From assembly GCA_965242965.1 (NCBI GenBank), contig OZ251518.1:768001-832000 (forward strand): a DNA stretch of 64,000 bases, read 5' to 3'. A program made the translations under genes and the position numbers. Position 1 is the stretch's first letter. Every line of letters begins with the position of its first letter. Under the pieces are notes generated by a model. It saw nothing but the letters and a program-made list of their open reading frames with translations. It was not told the origin of the DNA and did no database searches. Positions 57,560 to 64,000 of this stretch are shown piece after piece. The stretch is from Candidatus Poribacteria bacterium (GTDB lineage: Bacteria; Poribacteria; WGA-4E; WGA-3G).

Positions 57560-59332
57560 GTGGACACAAATCGCTCACATATCCCTAGCGGCACCGTGCT
57601 TCAATGGCCCGGGGCGCAAAAACCGGCGGTGCCACGGGGCATGCGCGCATGGATACAACTGCCTTCCGCCTTGCTGCAGACACGCTATCGGTTAAAGGCG
57701 ATAGAACGAACCTTCGGAGAAGCCGAGGACGCGTGGATAATTCAGTCAGTGCTTCGACAGTGGGAAGCGCAGGAACATGAATTTCATGAGCACTATCTCA
57801 TCGCACAGCCGCATGCAGGCGAACCGTGCTATCAGATCAGCGAGTATGTGCAGCGATGCGTAGCAGGCGAACTTGCCATCGCGGAACGGTTGCGCGGGAG
57901 AACCGTGCTACACCTCTACCAAACCGAAGGACAAGGCACGCGAGATCTGTTGAGTGCAAACGGCGTTTCGGTATTCATAAAACAGGTGCTGATGCCTTAT
58001 CTCAACGCACACGGGAAAGCGTCCCTCATCGGTTTCGCGTGCGAATTGCCGCGGTTTCTATCCATCTTGGATTCAGAGGCCGATTCGGTGCCGTGGAGCC
58101 GGACGTTGGAAGACGCTGTTCAGGCATACTTGCCGCTCGTCTTTTATGAAACTTACGACTCCGCGGCGGTTCGGAACGCGTTTTGGCGCGCGGTGACGAA
58201 GCAATTCGCGAGTTGCTTCCTCGCGGGCGTGCGCGATTTTTGTCATCAAGAGGGATTACGGTTCGCTGTGAGTATCTCGGAAAGTGCTAGAACGTTAGAA
58301 TTTGAACTAGGCGCGATGCTGACGGCGGTGGACTGTCCGATACTCCATCTGTCTAATGAACGGAAAGCGCGCTTGCAACGCGCGACTGCAGGCGGCACGG
58401 CAAGGCGTTTTGTCGTCTCCCAGTGGGTTTCTGGGAACGCGCGCTACGCGGGGCTCTCGCGGAAAGGTTCAGGACAACTGCAGCAGACGCTGCAAGATGT
58501 TGCCCTCGGTTTTAACCTCTCGGTTTCCGAAAAACCGCCGCCAATGTGTGAGGACTTGTTGGCAATTGGGCATCCGAAGCGGCAGCTGTTGATGCTCGCA
58601 CCGACGCAGAGTCTCTGGACGAAACCTGATGAGAAGCAGTGGAATTATCTGACGAAAGCGTGGGGGTGGCTGTGCCAAACGGTATCGCAGTTGGGATACG
58701 ATTTTCGGATTGTCTCTGAAGGAGAACTGCGTTTGGCAACGGTAGATAAGAGATGTCGCGGGCTCTATTTTACCGATTCAGCTGCTGTTTATCGCATCGT
58801 CCTGCTGCCGAGTTGCATCTCGCTGCAGGAAGAGACGGTGGACTGCCTGCGCGCATTCACAAAAGCGAAGGGACAGTTGATAGCGAACGAACCGGTGCCG
58901 TATCTGCTCAACGGACGCATCGGGCTGAAGCCGTATCCGCTGGAACGACTTATTTATGGGCGGCGGACAACTATCCTCCGCGGTCCGCCCGATGAACGGG
59001 CGGCGGCACTCAAAAAGTATCTCCGAAAACGGGTAACCCGTGTTATTTCGGTGTATGCAAAACCGATGAACGAACCGACACTGGCACTCCGGTGTCAGCA
59101 CCGAGTGACTGAAACGTCAGATCTGTTCTATCTCTACAATGCGGCGCGTGAACCGATTGATGTCTTAATTGAGATGCGCGGTGCTTCGGAGAGTGTGCAG
59201 GAATGTTGTTTGCTGGCAGGCACGAAAACCGCCTCTGATTTTTGGCTTGCCGATGGAAAAACGTATCTGCATTGCGCATTCGCGCCTGAACAGGCGAGGT
59301 TTTTGGTGCGTAGAAAAAGGAGGGAACAATGA
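57560..59332 (+). CDS. Hypothetical protein, possibly a remote glycoside-hydrolase relative
   Basis: LGYDFRIVSE...YRIVLLP...F..AKG and LFYLYN resemble the C-terminal halves of GH106/GH42-like proteins. ATGA overlap with the next gene. Confidence 0.6.
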   Translation: MDTNRSHIPSGTVLQWPGAQKPAVPRGMRAWIQLPSALLQTRYRLKAIERTFGEAEDAWIIQSVLRQWEAQEHEFHEHYLIAQPHAGEPCYQISEYVQRCVAGELAIAERLRGRTVLHLYQTEGQGTRDLLSANGVSVFIKQVLMPYLNAHGKASLIGFACELPRFLSILDSEADSVPWSRTLEDAVQAYLPLVFYETYDSAAVRNAFWRAVTKQFASCFLAGVRDFCHQEGLRFAVSISESARTLEFELGAMLTAVDCPILHLSNERKARLQRATAGGTARRFVVSQWVSGNARYAGLSRKGSGQLQQTLQDVALGFNLSVSEKPPPMCEDLLAIGHPKRQLLMLAPTQSLWTKPDEKQWNYLTKAWGWLCQTVSQLGYDFRIVSEGELRLATVDKRCRGLYFTDSAAVYRIVLLPSCISLQEETVDCLRAFTKAKGQLIANEPVPYLLNGRIGLKPYPLERLIYGRRTTILRGPPDERAAALKKYLRKRVTRVISVYAKPMNEPTLALRCQHRVTETSDLFYLYNAAREPIDVLIEMRGASESVQECCLLAGTKTASDFWLADGKTYLHCAFAPEQARFLVRRKRREQ

Positions 59333-60888
59333 CTGGAGGCCATATCTTTGTTGAATGTTTGAAAGCACAAGGCGTTGAGGTAATCTTCGGATTGCCGGGA
59401 AACCACCTTGACACTGTCTATGAGGCGTTATATTACAACCAAGACAGCATCCGCCACTACGTCACGCGGCACGAGGGCGGCACGGCGTTCATGGCAGATG
59501 GCTATGCCCGCGCCACCGGCGATGTCGGTGTGTGCATGACTGTGCCTGGGCCCGGTTCTAACAACGCCTCTATCGGGATTTGCGAGGCGTATACGGCGTG
59601 TTCACCCGTGCTGTGGGTAACCGGGCAGAATCCATCTTCGCTGGCTCACAAAGACCCGAGGAAGAGTTTCCACGGCTTGGATCAGCGCGCCGCCTTCGCA
59701 TCGATGACGAAACACATTGAGATTGTGCATCAAGTGGAACAGATTCCAGCCGCTGTTAACCGCGCGTTCGGTGCGCTGCGCTCAGGCAGGCCCGGACCGG
59801 TGTTGATTGAATTGGCAACCGATGCATTGCAAGCAAAGGCGGATTTGCCCATCCCGCCGAGAAATAACGGCATCCGCACCGCGGCAAGCGACGCGGATAT
59901 TGAGGCGGCGGTGAAACTTTTATGCGCCGCGGAACGGCCGTTCATTCTCTCGGGTAGCGGCGTTAGCCACTCCCGCGCAACCGAAGAACTGCTTGCATTC
60001 GCGCGCCGCCTCAACGCGCCGATAGCGATGACGAGCATGGGCAAAGGTTCTGTCCCCGAAGATTCGCCTTACTCCATCGGCATCTTTCGGGACAGCGTTG
60101 CGCAAGCAGCGATGGCAGCGGCAGATCTGGTGATTGCCATCGGCACTCGATTTACTTATCGAGATACCGGCAATTGGACGCTGAAAATCGATAAACCGTT
60201 GTTGCACATCGAGGCTGACGTGGAAGAGATTCACAAGGAATACCCCGCAACCCTCGGCATCGGTGCGGATGCGAAGTGCGTTTTGCAACAACTAAACGCC
60301 GCGTTGCACGGCGAGAAACGGACAGATGGATGGGGGGAAGGAGTCCGGCAATTACGGAATCAATTCACAGCCATTGAACCGCCGCAAATCCTACGAGAGA
60401 TGCGCGATGTCTTGCCGCGCGATGCCATCTTATCGGTAGATGTCAACGTCACCGGTTACGGCGCGCTGCCGCATTTTCCTGTCTATTCTCCCGGAAGTTT
60501 CATCTTCTCCGGCATTTCTGTCGCCATGGGAATTGGTTTGACAGGTGCTATCGGTGCGCAAGTTGCGTATCCGGACAGGAAGGTTGTCGCCCTCAGCGGC
60601 GATGGCGGCTTCCTCATGACGAGCCCCGACTTGGCGACAGCGGTGATGTATAACCTCCCCATCGTCACGCTGGTGATGAACGATAATCAGTATACTTCCA
60701 TTGAGCGAGGACAACTGCGCCGTTTCGGCAAGCGCATCGGCGTTGAATTGGTGAACCCGGATTTCGTGCAGTTCGCCGAATCGTTCGGGGCAATCGGGCT
60801 GCGGGTTGAAGACCCGGGCGATTTCAAACCGGTGCTTGAGAAGGCACTCGCTTTGGATAAACCAGTCGTCGTTGAAGTGATGAAGTAG
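59329..60888 (+). CDS. Thiamine pyrophosphate-binding protein (acetolactate synthase-like)
   Basis: FGLPG, RHEGG..FMADGYAR, GRPGPV and GDGGFLM...ND. Confidence 0.93.
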   Translation: MTGGHIFVECLKAQGVEVIFGLPGNHLDTVYEALYYNQDSIRHYVTRHEGGTAFMADGYARATGDVGVCMTVPGPGSNNASIGICEAYTACSPVLWVTGQNPSSLAHKDPRKSFHGLDQRAAFASMTKHIEIVHQVEQIPAAVNRAFGALRSGRPGPVLIELATDALQAKADLPIPPRNNGIRTAASDADIEAAVKLLCAAERPFILSGSGVSHSRATEELLAFARRLNAPIAMTSMGKGSVPEDSPYSIGIFRDSVAQAAMAAADLVIAIGTRFTYRDTGNWTLKIDKPLLHIEADVEEIHKEYPATLGIGADAKCVLQQLNAALHGEKRTDGWGEGVRQLRNQFTAIEPPQILREMRDVLPRDAILSVDVNVTGYGALPHFPVYSPGSFIFSGISVAMGIGLTGAIGAQVAYPDRKVVALSGDGGFLMTSPDLATAVMYNLPIVTLVMNDNQYTSIERGQLRRFGKRIGVELVNPDFVQFAESFGAIGLRVEDPGDFKPVLEKALALDKPVVVEVMK

Positions 60889-61038
60889 GAGAGTCGCTTG
60901 CATCGAGACCGGGAGGTCTCTCCTACGGGGACAGGGAGGGCTCTCCTATGGAGAGTCGTCGTTGAAGTGATGAAGTAGGAGGAATCTCCAGGTCTCGAAC
61001 GTAGGCGGGATTTCCACATCCCGAAAGGAATTTTAACT

Positions 61039-62241
61039 ATGCCTAAAAAAATCGGAGTTTTAACAGGGGGCGGCGATACGAGCGCGCTTAACGCCACCCT
61101 CAAAGGAATCGCCTTGAAAGCCGAGGAACTCGGTTTTGAATTGGTGGGGTTCATGGAGGGGTGGAAAGGCGTGCTGAAAGGCGGACGCTATTTCACCCTC
61201 ACCCCGGACTTAATTGACGAAAATTATGGGGGCACGCTGCTGAAAAGTTCGCGCACCAACCTCATCGCGATGAACAAATTGGACGAGGCGATTCAGAACC
61301 TAAAAAAATTGGACATTAGCGGCCTCATCCCCATCGGCGGTGACGATACGCTGACAGTCGGTGCCGCGCTCTCCGAGCAGTTCACCACCGGGTTCGTCAC
61401 AAAAACAATTGACAACGATGTCGGCATCAATCCGCCGGAAGGCGATACCGTTGATTACTCGAAGATGGTGAACTATTTCTGCCCCGGGTTCCCGACAGCG
61501 GCGAGCCGCATCATCAGTGCTGTCCGCGACTTGCGCACCACAGCCTATTCGCACGACAGGGTTATCGTGGTGGAGGCGATGGGACGGGATGCAGGATGGT
61601 TGACACTCGCCGCTGCTTATGGCCACGCAGATCTCATCGTTGTGCCGGAGGTGCCGTATCAACCAGACCGGCTGGCGGAAGCGATTCGCGAGAAACACGC
61701 CGAACGCGGTGACGTGATTGTCGTCGTCTCGGAGGGTATCCGAAACGATAATGGCGAATTAATGATAACCTCGCAAGCAGAATTGGACGCGTTCGGGCAC
61801 ACAAAACCGGGCGGCTGTTCCGAGATTATCGTGGAGGCGATGAAGACGCGGCTCCCACATATTTCGGGTTCGGCGTTCCGGGCGTTGATACTCGGCTATC
61901 TCCAACGGTGTGGCAGCCCAACGCCTTTGGATAGAGACTCGGCGATTAAGGCGGGTGCCCTCGCCGTGCGCGCGCTTGCAGATGGCATGGTAAACGGTGT
62001 CGCGACGATTACGCGAACCGATACCGGCATTGAACCGACGTTATTGCCGTTAGAGCAGGTATTGAAACGCGATGATACGGGGCATGTCATCCGTCGCAGC
62101 CTCGATCTTCGGTTTTACGATGCCGAGCGGTATCAGATGTCGGCGGCGGGTGCGGGGTATTTCCGTCCCCTCTTCGGTGATCTGCCGCGGCGTTCACTGT
62201 CCTTGGATGAGCGCGGCATCTCGATCGGCGAGATTGCGTAA
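61039..62241 (+). CDS. 6-phosphofructokinase family protein, probably PPi-dependent
   Basis: LTGGGD, GGDDT, KTIDND, EAMGR, VPE, SEG and GYLQR. Confidence 0.92.
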   Translation: MPKKIGVLTGGGDTSALNATLKGIALKAEELGFELVGFMEGWKGVLKGGRYFTLTPDLIDENYGGTLLKSSRTNLIAMNKLDEAIQNLKKLDISGLIPIGGDDTLTVGAALSEQFTTGFVTKTIDNDVGINPPEGDTVDYSKMVNYFCPGFPTAASRIISAVRDLRTTAYSHDRVIVVEAMGRDAGWLTLAAAYGHADLIVVPEVPYQPDRLAEAIREKHAERGDVIVVVSEGIRNDNGELMITSQAELDAFGHTKPGGCSEIIVEAMKTRLPHISGSAFRALILGYLQRCGSPTPLDRDSAIKAGALAVRALADGMVNGVATITRTDTGIEPTLLPLEQVLKRDDTGHVIRRSLDLRFYDAERYQMSAAGAGYFRPLFGDLPRRSLSLDERGISIGEIA

Positions 62242-62348
62242 ATAGGAATGCTCTTCCGTAGGCGCGGTTTCAAACCGCGCCTACCGGGAGCGTTTCTGTG
62301 CAATTTGATTGACATTTGTCAACCGAATAGGGTATCATAATATCAGCT

Positions 62349-63119
62349 ATGAATACACACATTGAGATTTCGCGGTTGGAAGACTACATCAACCACATCG
62401 GCAATATCACTACATCGGAGAGGAGTCACCTCTATCGCGGGCAAGAAGACGCAGAGTGGGAAGTGACAAGCAGTGTCTATCGGCGTTTGTTAAGAGTCCA
62501 TAAGGGACAGAGGCAGTTACTCCCCTCGCTGTGCTGGGGTTATCTTCTCCAGCTCGTTGATGAAGTTCAACTTGAATATCCATCAATCTACCGAAGCCTG
62601 TCTCCGTTGGAGTGTCTGGCACACTTGCAACACAACGGTGTCGCGACAGGACTAATCGATTTTACGTTTAATCCGCTTGTTGCCCTGTGGTTTGCCTGCG
62701 CAGAGGAGGCAAAGAAGGCAAGCGGCAAAGTCACTGTTTTGGAAAACGACAGTGCTCAGATTTGTCCAATAAAGTCAATAAAGGAGCTTGAAAGTGGGTT
62801 AGAAAATTTCTTTGGCCCCGCTGGAAGCGAATGGCACCTTTGGGCACCGGCGTTGGATAGTCGAGTGGTAGACACCCAACGCATCACCCGGCAATATTCC
62901 GTGTTTCTCTTTGGTTTACCCGAAGTGGGCGACGAAATGATCTCCAACGAAATCGTGATTCCTCATGCTCACAAAGCGGTGTTGATAACCGAACTGGCAA
63001 CTGTGGGCATCTCGGAGGAGACGCTCTTTGCCGATCCGCCCGCTTTTTGGGAGAGGAACACGTCACAACACTATTACGACATGGAACTCATCAAACCTTA
63101 CTATGGAGAAATCCTATGA
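62349..63119 (+). CDS. FRG domain protein
   Basis: LYRGQ, LQHNG..T.LIDFTFNPLVALWFAC, RITRQYSVF and GISEETLF. Confidence 0.9.
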   Translation: MNTHIEISRLEDYINHIGNITTSERSHLYRGQEDAEWEVTSSVYRRLLRVHKGQRQLLPSLCWGYLLQLVDEVQLEYPSIYRSLSPLECLAHLQHNGVATGLIDFTFNPLVALWFACAEEAKKASGKVTVLENDSAQICPIKSIKELESGLENFFGPAGSEWHLWAPALDSRVVDTQRITRQYSVFLFGLPEVGDEMISNEIVIPHAHKAVLITELATVGISEETLFADPPAFWERNTSQHYYDMELIKPYYGEIL

Positions 63120-63892
63120 GCGAAAACAGAGTCATTAAAGGGGTTCACCTCCACTCGCACTATTTGATTCGTGGCAGTTTCAGGTTGGCTGCTGACGAAT
63201 ACGACCCGGCAATTGAGGACTTTAACAAGTCGCTTGAGTTAAAACCGGATCAGGTGCACGCACATAGTTATCGCGGCCTCGCTTATCTGGCTAAAGGCGA
63301 ATACGATTTAGCGGGTGAGGACTTCAACACCGTAAGGAAACTTGATCCGAAGTATCCTTACACCTATTACAATCTCGGCGAACTTTACCGTGCTCAAGGC
63401 GATGTGGCGCGAGCGATTGAGGAATATAACGCCGCCATAAAATGCCAGATTGATTTGGCAGAGGCATACAATCGGCTCGGCGAAATTTACTACGCTCAAG
63501 GCGACGTGGCGCGGGCGATTGAAGAATACTCCACTGCCATCAAATGGCGATACCATTTTGTGGATGCCTATATCAACCGCGGCACTGCCTATTACGAGAA
63601 AGGTGCCCTGATGCGTGCCATCAAAGACTTCAGCCGGGTGATAGAATTCAACCCTCAGTTTGCCGAGGCGTATTACTATCGTGGTAACGCCTATCGGGAC
63701 AAAGGCTACTACGAATTCGCTATTGAGAATTATAGCGAGGCAATCAGTCTCAAACCCGATTATGCCGAAGCGCAGGCGGAAATAATCGCCGAGTTTCGGA
63801 AGCATTATGAAAGCCTCGCGGCATTTGAGGAAGAAACCGGCGAGACTTTGCCGCAAGACATCGCCGCATTGGTAACGCAACCACAGTCGTGA
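63116..63892 (+). CDS. Tetratricopeptide repeat protein
   Basis: About six 34-aa TPR units; ATGA overlap with the FRG gene. Confidence 0.92.
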   Translation: MSENRVIKGVHLHSHYLIRGSFRLAADEYDPAIEDFNKSLELKPDQVHAHSYRGLAYLAKGEYDLAGEDFNTVRKLDPKYPYTYYNLGELYRAQGDVARAIEEYNAAIKCQIDLAEAYNRLGEIYYAQGDVARAIEEYSTAIKWRYHFVDAYINRGTAYYEKGALMRAIKDFSRVIEFNPQFAEAYYYRGNAYRDKGYYEFAIENYSEAISLKPDYAEAQAEIIAEFRKHYESLAAFEEETGETLPQDIAALVTQPQS

Positions 63893-64000
63893 AAACCGAT
63901 GAATCTGCCGCAAGAATATCTGGCAATGTGCCGACATCCCGAAATTCAGGCTCTGTGCCCCGAAAAAGTGCCTCAACCTGCATCGCGAGGGCCTGTCCCT

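Noticed and set aside
58360-58395. Possible degenerate in-frame REPs (KARLQRAT here; GQGRASLQ near 1207)
   Set aside because: Similarity to the REP consensus is too weak to assert without alignments.
63899-64000. Possible CDS start MNLPQEYLAMCRHPEIQ... running into a REP
   Set aside because: Truncated by the window edge and too short to support a call.

Overview
A GC-rich bacterial window with about 40 CDS. The gene content (two DUF6785/6784-type membrane proteins, two phytanoyl-CoA dioxygenases, a sulfatase, a PorV-like barrel, TPR/FRG proteins, many RM/TA genes) suggests Ca. Poribacteria or a similar lineage; this is inference. Housekeeping genes (purL, purQ, PFK, KdgK-like kinase, ABC permease, BamA-like protein) alternate with conflict-type loci. 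No rRNA, tRNA, CRISPR array or transposase was seen. Main observations: (1) a three-gene minus-strand unit of a beta-CASP nuclease that apparently starts at ACG, a GrpE-like protein, and an EVE/PUA-like-Hsp70-HEAT fusion, which is the best candidate for an undescribed defence system; (2) a defence-like island at 42.1-48.7 kb with a GIY-YIG-containing UvrD helicase, an AAA ATPase, a PIN/antitoxin chimera, RelE and an HEPN-2xS1 fusion, plus a duplicated promoter and structured leader; (3) an RM gene split at a G8 tract; (4) a dense family of GTAG-REP hairpins, often packaged between GAGGGTGTTTCATA inverted ends, sitting at predicted transcription starts and inserted in frame into proteins, in one case with the peptide conserved through synonymous changes only. 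All protein family calls are from motif recognition by eye, not database searches.
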